Program-made: the position numbers and the translations under genes | Shown: piece after piece, positions 39,363-53,600 of the stretch | Layout of the letters: each line of letters opens with the position of its first letter | Numbering within the stretch: the stretch's first letter is position 1 | NCBI GenBank assembly: GCA_030141605.1 | Contig: JAQGDQ010000149.1 | Coordinates: forward strand, 124,001 to 188,000 | From: Tubiluchus corallicola | Taxonomy: Eukaryota; Animalia; Priapulida | Direction: 5' to 3' | Length of the DNA stretch: 64,000 bases | Notes under the pieces: model-generated | Told to the model about the DNA's origin: nothing | Seen by the model: the letters and a program-made list of their open reading frames with translations, nothing else | Databases searched by the model: none

Positions 39363-42300
39363 ATGTCTAAGTTGACGAAAAGGAAACACGTGGTGAATGA
39401 AGTTATGAATGAATATGTGCTTCCACAGCACAATCAATCAATAGTAAAGGTAATTTTTATTTTAGTTGTCAAGTGTTATGTATTTAAGTTAATAATATCT
39501 TTCAGGCCACTGTCAACCCTTTCTATCACTAGCGAATTAATTATATGAATTTTGTTTCTCTAGATATCATTTGTATTCATGTCTTCTCTGTCTTACTGTG
39601 CTTCCTTGACCCTTGGGTGTACATAATGTTGTGTTGATTAGTCGTGTCGGATTGCTGCTCTGGATTTTTTTTCTCATAAAGATAACAAATCTTGATAACA
39701 AATCTACTAGAATGAACGTTGAGATTCGAAATTATAATAGTAATGTAATAAGGCATTGCAGTAAAATCTTAAAGCATAATCTTAAGTTTGACTTCATGTG
39801 ATCAACAAGAATAAGCCATTTACAAGGTTTAAAAGAAGAGCAGTACTAAAACTGCGAATTCAGTCGAAAGCTCCCTGTTTTACCATTTCACCTGTCATTC
39901 ATGGTGGAGCTTGAAAACGAAAATTTTAGCGATGCCGAACCCTACTTTGCGGATTATACTGATCATAATGATGAACTTTCAGCAGCAAATTTGAGGGCCA
40001 GAAGTAATTCTTGAATCATGAAAAGTAGCAACCTTGTCATACTAATGGGGGAAAGGGATATGCCCACAGAGACTTACTCTCTGCAAATAATTATATATAT
40101 ATTTACCCCCCTTCTCTCATCCCCAATCCCAACCCTGCTCGTAGAGGACAGCACTATACAATAAATAAGTGTCAGTGTGCGCACTGCTGTTACACTCCCC
40201 CTCTAAAATGCGAGCTCACAGAGCATTTTAGCAAATATATTCTAACAAGCAATTAGTTAGCATCTTCTAGAAGAAAGAGCTTGTGTATGGGGTGCTCTAA
40301 AAAGCAGCCTTCACTTTGTGTAGCACTTCTCACTAACCCGTCTTCACCTGCATGAACTTTTTCCACCTTGCCCAGTGGCCACAGATTTCTGGGTGTAGTG
40401 ACTTTCACAAGCACCACATCATCAAGTTTGAAATTTCTTTTTGGCACAGTCCACTTGTTCTGCCGCTGTAAGGATGGCAAATACTCTCTGGTCCATCTGC
40501 TCCAAAAGATATTCACTAAGTGCTGAATGTGTCGCCACTTGCGTCTGCCTCGATCAGACTCAGAAAATACTCCTTGAGGCAGTAAGGCGGCATTGTGAGC
40601 CAGAACCAGATGATTTGATGTCAATGGTTGTGCATCTTTCGGATCATCTGAAACCGGAGTTAACAGCCTACCATTAATTATTGCATTCTGTTAAACAGAA
40701 TACAGTGGATAATCCTTCATCATCAAGAGTCTGTCCATCTAAAAGGTGGACCATTATTCTTCTGATTGACCTTATCTTCCTTTCCCAACAATCTCCCACG
40801 TTGGTGGATTATATTCCCACTCTATATTACGTTGCTGTAGCTGATTAGCGACGTTCTGATGGTTTCAGCCTAGCATGGCTCTTTGAAGCTCCCTGTCTGC
40901 TCCAACTGTTCGTCCCATGGTCCATTCTGGTAACATTTGATTTTCCCCTCTTGTTAATAAATCAGAAGAGGGCATTAACAAAGCTATCAGTGGTCCTGTC
41001 AAAAAGAACTTCTAAATGAATGGGTTGTACCCCCATGCATGTAAATAAACATCTATATCTCTTAGTAGACATGTGCTTTCTCTTTACCCACAAGGGGCCA
41101 AAACGGTCGACCCCATTGAGGAGAACAGTGAATCTCTTGAGACCCTATCACTGGGTAAGTCTGCCATCTTTTGGCCCAGCGTGAGTGCTGAGCAAAACTC
41201 TGCACCTGTGGCAGTCCCTTATAACCTTTCTTGTGCCAGTTCTCAGTCTAATAATCCAGAACTTGCCTCTGGCTACAGACATAGTGTAATTGCATACAGC
41301 ACGGCAGTGGTAGTGTCGGGCAACTAAGCAAGAAAGAACATAGTCTTTTGGCAGTAATACTGGGTGCTTAGCTTGCTTAGCTAACGGAGCTTTGTTTAGT
41401 CTGCCTCCAACTATGTCTTTATCTGATTTCTGAGGGTCCAATTGATACAAATGACGAGTACATTCTGTCCGTGAGCTCTTCTTTGAAATGTATATGCTGT
41501 ACATTGGGAGTAAGGTTCATCCCAGCATAAGTTTCTTCCTTCTAACTGGTTGTTGCTGCAAGGTCATCTGCGCCTCATTCTTTTCAATATTGAATGGTTG
41601 CTCGCTGAACGGTGAAGCTACATTTACTACATTTGTTATGTTGCATGGTTGTGTGACTGGCTGCTCATAGTGAAGCTGGTTACTAGGACTGCCCGCAAAA
41701 GTGTTGCTTGTAGAAGAATAATTCTTCAAGGGTTAAACAGTTTTTCCTGCCGATTATTGTCTCTTCAGGTAATGATTTATTGTCCAAAATTACACGACTG
41801 TAATTTTGGACACGGCCACACGACCATGTTTCTCTGGTATCTGGCCTCCTCATCATCCATCATCGTGTCTCTCGTAACACTGATATAACAAAATAGATTT
41901 GTTCGCAAATAATGATAGAATATTGAAGTGGACGACAGCCAAGGGGGAAGAGCCGATAATAAACTGTTATGTACAGAAACGCCTTCACTATTTTATTTAT
42001 GTTCCAAAGGCATTTATTCTAAAGAGAATAATAAAGAGAACATTAACAAGTAAGAAAAATAAAGAGAATCATAAATGGAAGCTTAATAAGCAAGAAGAAG
42101 GTAACCTGTTGGTCAAACTACTTTCATAAATTCACAGATCGAATTCATAAACTTTAACTAAATTATTTAAATACATGTAGCTTACATCGTTGGCTCTTCA
42201 TCAAGATGTAGAAGATCATCAAAGTACAAATTTTTGTAATAACTAAAACGCTGTTGTTAACTAACACAATAATGAGAGAAAAAACATTGGTGTGAACAAG

Positions 42301-44690
42301 AACGTGTCCATCATTGGTCTGCTCCCTTCTATTTTCTTCAGTTGCATACCTGCTCGTAGAGGGCAGCACCTTCCAATAAATGAGCGTCATTATGCGCATT
42401 GCTGTTACAAATGTATCATATGCGGATTTTGTTAGGAAAATTGTAAAAAAAATTGACTGAGGCAACTTACAATGCTGTTCGTTTATCATTAAATGCTGTC
42501 TATATTAAAAGCAATGTAAGCAGTGCATGTGCAAATGGCACAAAAGGCAAGCTGAAGTGAGGTACTTAAGTGATTCAGCATATAAGATAAATGGAACAGA
42601 TGAACTCTTGAATGTCTCGGAAATAGGCAGATCATGCGTCTTCACATAACATACCGTGCATTACAAAAACAAAAAGAATATAATAAATAGTATACACTAC
42701 TACATACGGAAATTATTAATTTGAAAAATGGCAAATGACCCAGTTTGTAAAAAGAGATATTACAGCGGGTACTGATGACTTTGCAGAATCTTTTCAGTGT
42801 AGGTCGAATGCATGTAAAGCAGTTTTGGATGATGAATTTTCACATGACGGGGCTCTTAATGCAGCTAAGCTGCTGAAAGAAAACGTAAGTTCTAGTGATG
42901 GTTGGTGTGTAGAGATGATTAAACAGCTAAATGTTTTACAAACGATAATGACTATGTTACTAGTTTGCCTTGGTGTAAATGTAAATCTGCCATTAATGCG
43001 TTATGCAAAAAAGGTGATGCAAATAACGCTAGGAATTACAATGGCATCCTGGTAATGAGATTGCTGGCTAAATTGTACAATATTATTTTGTGAGAATGTT
43101 TTATGCTATGGTTTAAGCCTTGTGGACAATCTCAAGTAGGTTGTAGCTGTGCGGAACATATTTTAATGTTGAGAATCCCGACTGCACTGGCAAAAAGATC
43201 TAATGTTACTTTATTGTATTTCTCGATTTTAGTGCAGCATTTGATCGGACAATGAGGCAGACATTATAAATTACAAAACGAGCCAAATTTGACATAGGTA
43301 CAACGTACTTTCCAGAGTGCTTTGTTGTGCACACTTGTACAGAACAGAAAATATTGTTTTTATGACAAAATAGCTTTAGATCCTTTTGTTTCTACAGCAG
43401 TTCTGGGCTCTATAAGTTGCCGTAGATACTGTGCATTTTTACACTCTTTACTATAGTTTCAGAAGTGGGTATTCAACAAGTTGCCCCGATGTCTCCATAT
43501 AGCTTATATATATGGGTTCATTTATTTCATGATATGTTAATATTTGTTGGCAGGTATTAGCCGGAAGAGGAAATAACCTACATGAAGTTGTAAATTCCAA
43601 TGGAGAGCAATTTCTGATTAGTATGCCAAAGAAGTTCCGTAAAAATGTATGGATAAAAAGAGGTATTTCTTCTAATGATTCAGGTTTAATGAGACTATGC
43701 CATGTTTTCATGATACCACATAATTTTTAAATAAAGACCTTGAAATTGTGGTTTGTCATATACCAATTTACCTATTGCAGCTCGAGCAATAATAATTCTG
43801 CAATAATAGTAATAAACTAGTAATTGTAATAATCTGTATGTTACAGTTTTTTGATAATATATTTTACTGAAGTGGGAAATATTGTGCTAATAAATTACAC
43901 AAACTCACACACGTACTGATTTCAAGAAAAAGATGTCATTATTCCTCATTTACTTATAGGGGATTTTGTTATTGTTGAACCAATTATGGAAGGTGATAAA
44001 GTGAAAGCAGAAATAGTCTACATTTTATATAAAGACCAGATAAAATACATCAAGGAAGAAGGCTGTTGGTGAGTGTGTTTGCTGTCAGGGCTGATATTTT
44101 TGTATTAAAAAGTGATGATTAAATTTTTCTCAATGAAGAACAGAACAGTTTTGAATTGTTTTCAATGTTATTCATTAGTTTTTATGTTAACCTTTTTGCT
44201 TGTAAGTCTAACTAAAATCATATTGTTAAAAGCATCGTTGATGTTGGTATTTTGGTAGAGACCTATTTTTTCAGGACTGTCTTACTGTTTCTTATTTGCG
44301 ATGATAAATATTCACGACTTAGTAGATTATTCTTACTGCTCCCGCATCATGAAGACAGATAACAATATTAATATGGGAGCATTTGTAAAATTTACATTTG
44401 CAAAGTTAGATTGCACTTATTGGTGTCTTAAATTTGATGTCTGTTTCATTCTGCAAAGTAAATTATTTTCCAGGCCCTCTGAGTTTGATGAAAGCAAATC
44501 TATGCAACCTGTTGAAGACAAAATGGCAAATGACTCATCAGATGATTGTGATAGTGGTTTATTTGTAAATACGAATCATCCAGACATAGTTTATTCTGAC
44601 TCCGAGGAAGACAGCAGTTGTTCTAGTGAAGAAGCCGAATGCAGTGACAATGAATTAGAAAATAAAAATAATGATATTGCTCCAGTGTGA
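39363..44690 (+). CDS. EIF1AD: Probable RNA-binding protein EIF1AD (eIF1A domain-containing), 4 coding exons, 173 aa
   Basis: join(39363..39449, 43554..43662, 43960..44068, 44474..44690) gives [14 protein letters not shown]...[16 protein letters not shown]...[36 protein letters not shown]...EGCWPSEF...GLFVNTNH..., matching the EIF1AD signatures (TKRKHV, GNNLHEV, WIKRGDF, LFVNTN). Confidence 0.96.
39744..41520 (-). mobile_element. Decayed BEL/Pao LTR retrotransposon fragment (integrase region, PPT and probable 3' LTR) in EIF1AD intron 1
   Basis: Minus-strand remnants [23 protein letters not shown]...[10 protein letters not shown] and [19 protein letters not shown]...[18 protein letters not shown] are the BEL integrase/C-terminal signature. 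Polypurine tract AGAGGGGGAG is followed directly by TGTAACA at 40194. The LTR far end (~39744) is tentative. Confidence 0.88.
42730..43060 (+). mobile_element. Possible pogo/Tigger transposase (CENP-B-type HTH) remnant
   Basis: [19 protein letters not shown] resembles the KA..A..L....F.ASxGW motif; otherwise heavily decayed. Confidence 0.3.
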
Positions 44691-46806
44691 AGATTTGCTG
44701 TGTTTACAAAAGAAATTTCAGATTTTTCTGTTTTTATGGGTAAATTGCTTTTTTCGTTTGTTTTTATCTGAATGTATTGGTAGTGTTTTTTGAACATTAA
44801 GTAATAAAATTAATGACAATTATGCTTTACTTCCAAGATTTGTAATAACAGACATCTGATGTTAAATGTATCATCTGCTGTTGAACTTTATGTGAATTTT
44901 GTGTACAGTTTTCAAAGCACCATGTTTATTGATGTGGCAAGTTTCTTACATAATCAATATTTCACTACTTTTTGTTTTGGGCATTTAGCCATTGGCCGTC
45001 ACCACTTACTTAGTATCTCTTTTTAAGTGCTGTTATATTACTTCATGCAAAGCGACAAGTATCTTTGTCTATCAGATAGCATTACATTTAAGCTTATGGA
45101 AATTACATGTTGATTTTCAAGCACTAAGTGGTCTTGAATAATGGTCATTGTACTAAATCACTAATCCTCTCAAATCATACAAATTAAACTATTGGACTGA
45201 TATGAAATCGTAGTTTTTTATGTGAGTGATCCAGGTAAAACAAATTTAATGTTATGAGTATGGCAAATAATGAATGACATAGCCCCCACTTATTATTTGC
45301 TTCCTATTTTCGACAATAGGTGGAGCCTAACGCTTGGTCATGCACAGAGTATTAGTCACTCGTGCTATGTAATGGTGTCGGCCAGTCAGGAATTTCAATG
45401 ACTTACAAATGCAGTTTCCTAATTGTTCTTTTAATCAATTTGATCATTAACTATTATGCAATTAATCATGAATTTGCCAGTGAATGTAATGAGCATGAAG
45501 CTGACTCGATTTGTTAAAATGTTATTTTGTTTCTAATTTCTGCAAACTTTTGCAGAAATTTAATTCCCCTGTCGGATGTGAAAAAACAGCTGAGTAAACA
45601 TGGGCACTTACATCATATGGTACATTTATATTTGACATAGTAGGTTGTTATCAAATATGTGGGAATAACAGCAGCCAAAATATTACAAAAAGGACATTAA
45701 TAACTATAGCAATATAATTACTGAAGCTTCCATGCAATTACAAGGCTGGGTAGCAAATTTAAAGATTTTCTATTTTTAAAGAATTTGTTTACCTTGTTGC
45801 AACATTATAGTGTCAATTATAGTGTACCAGTTAACAATCCGAAATGGAGTACACTTTACTGTAGATGAACTATAACTCTGGCTGTAGTTTATTCTTTAAG
45901 TTGTATATTTAATATCTTGATAAAGTCGCACATTCTGTCCCACATTTGGTTAATATTAGTAATGTGCTACATTACTAGTGGTAATATGCTACATTAAAAC
46001 GATTTAGCAGACTATATGTATATGTATAAGTTTATATATAGTCTGCTAAATCGCATAAATCATATATATATGTATGTATATATATATGATATATGTATAT
46101 ATATATACAAAAATTAATAACAAAATTACGACATGAAATCTTTAAGCAGAAATCAAGTTGCTCCCCCATACAAAATGGCGTGTAAATATTGGTAAATGAA
46201 GTTTTAACGCAAAAAGCGGCGAGTATATGATACAATCTGTTAACGTTTTGTTTTAAGTAAATACGGGCGTGATTATCAGGGAAACGATTTTCTGTTAAGG
46301 GAATTTCACAAGTTAAGAGGCGGGTGGGAAAATTAGTTTATAAACGTTCCTGAGATCGGTACTGTTTCAGTTATTTATAGTTTGTTTGATAATTTGACAA
46401 TGTGTTATAAACGATATTATGTTACTTCCGATGATAATTATATTAGTTTTGCAATTGGCAAAAAAGTGCTAGCTTACCTAATCGTGAATAAATGTAAATA
46501 TTACGCAGTTTACCTAGGTTTAACTAATCAGGGAATAAATTATTTATATGCGATTTTCGTGCTTAGTGCAAGGGAGAACGTTTTGGTGTTGTTATTGCAA
46601 ATTTACTTTTTATTGCGGGAGCCAAGTTTTAAAATAATTAGCTAATTATTCTTATTTTGCTACAAAGTGCAAAATTTATGTTAGACACGTGCTGCAATCT
46701 AGCACTCTTGTATGCCAGAAAGCGCTTTTGGATCTCATAAAATCTGTTGAATCGTGCGTTATTTTCCTGGAAGATAAGGAAAAAGCGAAAAATTCGAGAG
46801 TAAGTT

Positions 46807-46870
46807 TGGATTCAAACCAAGGGACCTGGATTGCACGTCCAGTGCCATTATTGTCAGAACACATATTCCC
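46807..46870 (-). mobile_element. tRNA-derived SINE head (degenerate)
   Basis: Minus strand TAATGGCACTGGACGTGCAATCCAGGTCCCTTGGTTTGAATCC shows anticodon-arm-like and B-box-like parts, with no acceptor stem. Confidence 0.4.
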
Positions 46871-49800
46871 TTCTGCTTCGGTAGGCCCCAATTCAGTCTT
46901 GATATTGCTCACTCACCATTCCAGTATTGGTTGAATAAAAAAATTAATCTAATCAGTTAGCAATTACTCTAGCATGAGCATAAACTAACCCTTGCAAACG
47001 TTGGTTGACTTGGTAACCAGAAGGATTAGCATGTCCTTTCAGCCAAATTACTTTCAAAATTTCCGCAATTGTGGGTAAGCTACCACCAATAATAATATTG
47101 CAATAACAATTGTAAAAAATACTAAAGAATATTTTCGAGCTAATTGTAGTTTTAATTAACTGATTTACATTATTCATTCTGCGTATTGCATTTAGGGCTA
47201 CCCGGAAAAGGGCGTAATGGCGGACTTTAAAACGGTGTATGAAATTTACCTGGACTAATTTAAGTGTTTGTTTCGAACCTATATGTGATTAGCCAGTTTT
47301 AGAAAACAAGTGCCACAACATTATTTGCGTTTGCTTCTCTATTTGACATGTCTTTGTGAAACAGATTTTTAAAATTTTGTTCAAATATAAGTCATACCTG
47401 CAAGGCCTTTATTTTAGTCAATATTTAATTTTCATAGTATATATTGAAAGTTGTCACAATTATTTGTATGTTTATAGTGAATTCCGTTTATGTTGAGTCG
47501 GATGTTAACAGTAGGCCTATTCAGTATTACGTACATGAATTAATTTGTTCATTATTTCACAATAATATCACATTGTCAAGGTACATTTCATTTCACCGAA
47601 TTGTGGGTAAACCGGTAAGCTAACGGGATTAGCCTACCACTCAGTTGAATAGCATAATTTTTAAGACTTATGTGGGTCAGTTGCCATTGGCCAGAAATAT
47701 TTTTATTTTCAAGGACAGCAAGTGCATCAAAAATACAGACTGGTTTTAGCATATGCCACAGGCATTTAAGAGTGGATTTTTAAGAGTACGCAACGCCCAA
47801 GCAGAATAGAGTTAATCACTTTTTTCTCGAAAAAGTTGACAGGAAATGGTTACAGGAGTTTGGCTACAGGCTGTTTCTGTCCGTTTCCTGACTGCATATG
47901 CATTCCTGACCATTCAACATATGAGCAAATTTGGTCCTCGATTTTTTTTACCGATAGCATCGACAGAAAATTTAAACGTTCGACAAATTGACAACATAGA
48001 TAACAGAAACAAACCACAGTAATTTGACACAGTGGTTTAGACGTGCAAACTTTTTTGGTGACTATTTTGGACATAATAGCGATTACACGCGAATATTTCG
48101 GGACACCTTGTAATTCAATATCTGCTGAGTAAAGTTTATTGTGAAGTTTGCCAGTAGATGTCACAAGTTTAGTCCGTAGAAACAATGCAGGCAAAAATTG
48201 CATCGCGTGACATAAGACGCTACAAGTGTTTAAAAAATTCTGGTTGCGTATAATAAATAACTGGTAAATTATAAGTTTTTTGGGGAGGGTTGAGATAGAC
48301 CCTTGATTTTCTTCAGCCAATCAAATGTTGCTTGACAAGGGTTATCGTTTCAAAGATCAGCTCTTCACAGTTGTGTCACAAGGACCATCGTGTAGCCACG
48401 CAGCTATCACTACAGAATATGTAATACTGTATTTTTACTATGATCTACACTTTGATGAGCCCAGTTGTAATTGCATGTGTACGGTACCCGTTTGCGAGAC
48501 GGGAACGACAGGTTAGTCCGATCTCCGAGCCGAATTTTTTTTAATTATAAGTTTAGATGTGGGATATAATGCCAGTGAAATTCGTCGCTCTGTTTTTGCA
48601 TGGAAGACAAGATGTTCTCAAGACAAATTTGAAATTCAAGCTGAGTAGCTACTTCAGAAAGAAAACATAACAAAAAATACATCAATTTTTAAAAATGATA
48701 CTTTACAGTAACAAATTTAAGAGAACAAGCGCAATGAGTAAAAGTCATTTCAGCTGTCAAGTTTAAAGTTTGCAATGCGAAGCATTGGGTACGTCACTTG
48801 CCGTACACGCGCATACACACGCACCTTTTGCTTGCGTGTATTTGTAAAATATACAAACTTTAGTAACATACTACGTTTCACAGAACGTCCTTCCGTAGGG
48901 TTCTTTATGCCATTTAACAATTTTTAAGGTCCCCTGCTTTTAGTCAGTAAGGGGACCTATTGCCGTCATGTGGCGCTTGTTGAGCGTCGGACGTTGTCCA
49001 CAATTGACTTAATTTTTTATAATTAGCCAAAACTTTTTGTCTCAGGTCGTTGACTTTTGGTGTGCAGCAAAATTGGCATAAGATGCATGTCATGTGTCAA
49101 AATGAAGGACCTTGGATTGAAAGGTCGCAACCCAGAGGATCATGAATGTTCACGTTATGTAGGGTTTTTGCACATTTTGCTAAAAATCTATGTGCTGTAA
49201 ACAAAATGTTTTTTTTAGCAATTTTGGACAGTAGCATATATGACCTTTCAAAAATCCAGCGGTTGCTATGGTGTAAAAATGACAATTTCTTCTAAAATAG
49301 GTAAAGCACATATTCTTTGACAATTTTGAGGCCAAACAGATGCAACGTACAGAAGACATTGTAATGCTAGAGTTTTCGAAAAAATTTTCCCAACCCGGCC
49401 AATGATAAAGTAAATGATTAATTTTGCTGCCAAAATGTACAGAACTCTGACAGAAAATTGATTTCGAACTGGTGTATGACTACTACTCTAGACTAGAGAC
49501 GACTGAGAGGTACAATCAGAACCAAGCTTGGGAAAAGGGTGAGAATGAGGATAGGTATTGGAGATTACCTCTATCCTTGCGAATTGGCAGACTTCCTCAG
49601 AGTTGAAGAGAAGAATAAAAAGTTGATTAGCTTTCTGTCTAATGTGTTCCGCGCTGCACATTCACTGTAGCAAGCCATCATTAATGAAGATGCAATCCTG
49701 AGCAAGCCACCACTGCCAGATACAACAGTGTTATGCAACCACGAAGAAATCGACAACTGCATGAAGCACACGAATGTGCACACCTTGAGGAAAATAATAA

Positions 49801-50559
49801 AATGTGGGCGTCCCTCGGTGTAGGAAAGTGTTTCTGATTCAGAACAACTCACGAGATGGCCTTAGCTCTGGATCCAGAGAAAGCACATGGTCTACCAATG
49901 GTTCACGTCGTAATGGACTGTGAGTCAGTAAAGAAGGCCTTCGATTTGTTTATTGTATTTGTAATTCATTGTAGTCGACAAGTGACATATAAAACAGTAC
50001 ATTCCATCTTACCTAAAATGTAAGGCATATAAGTTACAAGCAGATGAGTTATTATAACACATAAATCATGTCGCATATAAAAATCTAGTGCACATGTATA
50101 CTCACTGTCGCCAGAAAATTTTGAGCTTCTGCATAGCATTATTGCAGCCAAACTCTTAACGTGTCTAAGCTTTTTTTGCACTTTGCTTCTTCATAATTCT
50201 TTTTTTCAACTGTATCTTAGCTTTCTTTTTATTTATTTACTTTTTTATTTTTTGATTATAGAAATATTTTTGTTTACTTTAATATTCTGCTTTTTTACTA
50301 TGCTGTGCATTGTTACATTGTGATATTATTTTTCACTTGCTTTTTTTATTTCTCCATTTTTTAAAGTGTTTAAGCTTTTTTGCTTAAGTTCTTCGTGTGA
50401 TTGTAATCTGAGCTTTCTTTTTTGTGTTTCTACTTATTTTCGATATACATTTAGCCACACAATTCTTGTATGATTATTGCGTATGTTTGTAGATTTCATG
50501 TTTTTGTACTGACATGCACTTATTAATTAGTAGTAATGATATTATTATCATTAGAACAA

Positions 50560-50760
50560 ATTTTGCATCGAACTGACGGAGCCGGATTTTCGATCCGCCA
50601 TTTTGATTTGAAAACATTATTTTCGAAAACAGCCTAAGATTTCACCAATTTATAATGGATCGTCGTGAAACTTTACAGGAATATAGTAAAACGAATTTCG
50701 CATCGACGGAGACGTATTTTTCGATTTGCCATCTTGAGCTGGATCCATTTCTAAAAACCT
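50560..50760. repeat. Dispersed repeat with internal subrepeats, related (inverted) to 53870..54260
   Basis: GCATCGAACTGACGGAGCCGGATTTTCGATCCGCCATTTTGA matches the reverse complement of TCAAAATGGCAGATCGACGGTCCGACTCCGTCGGTTGATGC. Confidence 0.55.
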
Positions 50761-53155
50761 AAAAACTAAACTTGCGAACGAATATATTAGAGCAAATTTC
50801 GTACTAGAGCCAAATTCTACAGTCTCAATTTCAGTGAGTCCCTCGACCAATAGTTCGAATCGAACTTGTTACTACACGGGTATGTTTACTTCCAGTGCCA
50901 ATTCTTTGACTGTGTTTTTAAATACAGGTCTTCACAAATGATATAATTATCTCCCCTTTTTTCTGCAGACTGCATTAAGAAAATCAGACTCTCAATCAAT
51001 CAGTCTTGAAAATGAGAAAATCAATCAAAAATTGCTCTATGTGCCGTCTATTTTGGACCCATTCCCGTGGAATGTTCAACAAAAAAGACGGCACGTACTG
51101 CAGTTTTGATCCTGGGTCTCTTCTTGGAATGGGCCCAATAAATGAGCTGACCATCCTTCTTTTCGTTCTTTGAGGTTTCAGACGAATTTAAGCCAACCAT
51201 CGACCCGAAAATGCCTTTGCCGATGACCTACTGAGCAGTTTAGTCGCAGAGGACTGTTGTAGCTAGTTTGCGAGCGTGATGAGATATAATTATAGGATGT
51301 AATAGCACTTTTACTCTTGCACCCCTTGAAGCCTTGGGCTTGGAAGCAAGGGCCGTTTTGTCGAACTGTCACTGTCAAATTTTCGATTTGTCAGTTGATG
51401 ACAAACTAATTATGATGGCCGTCTCGCTGTTATAGGTAATTGAACAAAAAAAAAACCTTGAAAATGTTAATGATCAATTCATTTGTAGTTGTTATTCATG
51501 TTGTTTACGTTTTGGCCACCCTTGAACGTACAATAAAAAACTACTTTTCTGAATAAGAAAAAATTTCGCGTAGGCACCACGAAATTGAGGCCAATCATTT
51601 AAAAATATGAACTGCTACGTCATTTCTCGCACTTTCCTTGTTTCTGACTCTCCTCATTTCTCTTTTTCTCTCCCTCCCTCTCTCGTTTTCTTGTTGTCAC
51701 TCTTTCTTTTTCTTTCTGTTATTTTTCTTTCTTTCTTATATATCCATGTTCCTCTTCACCCTTTCTCTTTCTGTTTTTACATTGTATTCTGTCCTATTAC
51801 ATTATATTTTAACCTCTTCTAATGCCTCTTCTATTGTATTCGTTTGAATATTCTCGATCTGTGTATCTGTCTGTGTCGCCGCTCTTTCGGTCTGGAGAAT
51901 GGCTAGTGAGAGTCAGGCCAACTATGCCCCTCTGCTGAGGCTTCTAGTTTAATTATATTTCAGTGACAGAGATTTTTTACAGTAAACAAGTATAGATTCA
52001 AGTATATTTGTAATTTAATGAATTTCTTTCAGCAAATTTCTAGAAATGTATAGTAACAAATTCTAAAACCTTTTCATCTAGTATGTCCTCCACTGTGACG
52101 TCTGCCACGAAATCGTGCCATGCTGATCATGTGCAAACATCAGGAGATGTTGAGTTGGCGGTAAATTAGAGATTTTGGTGTAATACCTATTGGTATGAAC
52201 ACCCCCGTTATGCCTAGAAGCTGTAGGTTACGCGTCATCTCCGTAATCGACCAATGCCATTTTCAACGTTCGTACAGCCGCAGGGAATCTAACAGACTAC
52301 AGGATGGCACGCCGAATTTTCACAAATTTGTTGCTACGTAAGACGTTTTCTACTGACCCTGCGAACATGTTGATTCTTTGTAACTCGACTGCAATAATAT
52401 TTGGCTAGCATTCAGTGACTTGTTAGCTTGGCGGATAATGAGAACAGCCGAGGATGCTGCTCTTCCGAATTTCCATCGCTTAGCAATGTCAAGTGTCCAT
52501 GCAGCAGTACAAAGGTGTATAGTATGATTTCCTTCACCTTGACATAGTTATCTTATTTGTCCCAACTAAAGGTGGCGCTAGAAAGCCGTAAGACGTCAGC
52601 TTTTTCTGCCTTTGAGCAAATGTGAGCCAAACTTACACAAAGTACTGTTAGAAATAAGAAAAAAGTGGAGCCGCATAAAATTATTGCTATTGCCTGGCAT
52701 TATTAGAAAATTAGCTTCTAGTTGTCCTACTTCTTTACATAACTCTAGACACTGCATTTAAAAGAGTAATATGCCTGCAGCTGCTTTAACTTTGCCGCCG
52801 CGTCGTGTACATGACTATTAAAAGTTATCTAATGCTTAAAGAAATTTGATGTTGAAAAAAAATTTGTGCTACCCGCCCACTCCGTTAACGCAACTTTTAC
52901 ACGCGAGGGTAACAATTAAATTGTTCGGGCATCGGTAGTACTCTCCTTCACTGATCTGGTTTCCATAATTTAGAGAAAAGCGTAATTAATCGCGGCTGAG
53001 TGGCATTGAGTGACATCTAAAAATTAAAGGAAGACAGGATGATTTTTCATATACTACTCCATTTTCAAATCTGACAAAAAGTATACATTTTAACACAATT
53101 AATACTGCAAAAGCCTTTCTGATAATTAAATTATAGATTAAAAGCTTAATTAAAA

Positions 53156-53600
53156 AGATGACATCACAAACTAACAAAATTTTCAACAGCAGAAATATTC
53201 CATGAGCGTGTTACACGTGTTTGCGAAAGCGAAAATTAAAGTTACTGTAAGTTATTCAGTGTGTTGTACTGAAGCTAGGCAAGTTTTAAGATAAAAATTC
53301 AAATTTCAAATTTACCACTATACTCAAGCATGAGCTGTCGAACGTGTGTAGTTCGTTACAGACTAACACATCTGAACTGAGAGGCGCAACACCTGTTTTT
53401 TGTGCAATGCGTTTCCGAAATGCACGCGCTAGTGTCCGTCTAACTAGCGAATGGCGAAACGCTTGTAACGGCGAAGAACTAGCGGTGCGAATGTGGAATT
53501 ATGTTTGTGTGGTAATAATTCTTTCACGCAAGGCATTTTTGAAAAATATTTCTTTTGAATATTTTAAAGAGTAGACAGCTTTGACCTACAGTTTAAGATT
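53156..53600 (+). repeat. Dispersed repeat copy 1 (direct copy at 57886..58319)
   Basis: Colinear ~440-bp match from GATGACATCACAAAC to CAGTTTAAGATT with many substitutions; probably a non-autonomous transposon. Confidence 0.85.

Noticed and set aside
46900-46950. Minus-strand ATG|GTGAGT donor suggesting another gene
   Set aside because: No downstream coding exons found and the adjacent sequence is SINE-like.
51607-51950. Hydrophobic ORFs or a TCT-promoter first exon after the pyrimidine tract
   Set aside because: Low-complexity CT-rich sequence; no downstream exons could be linked.
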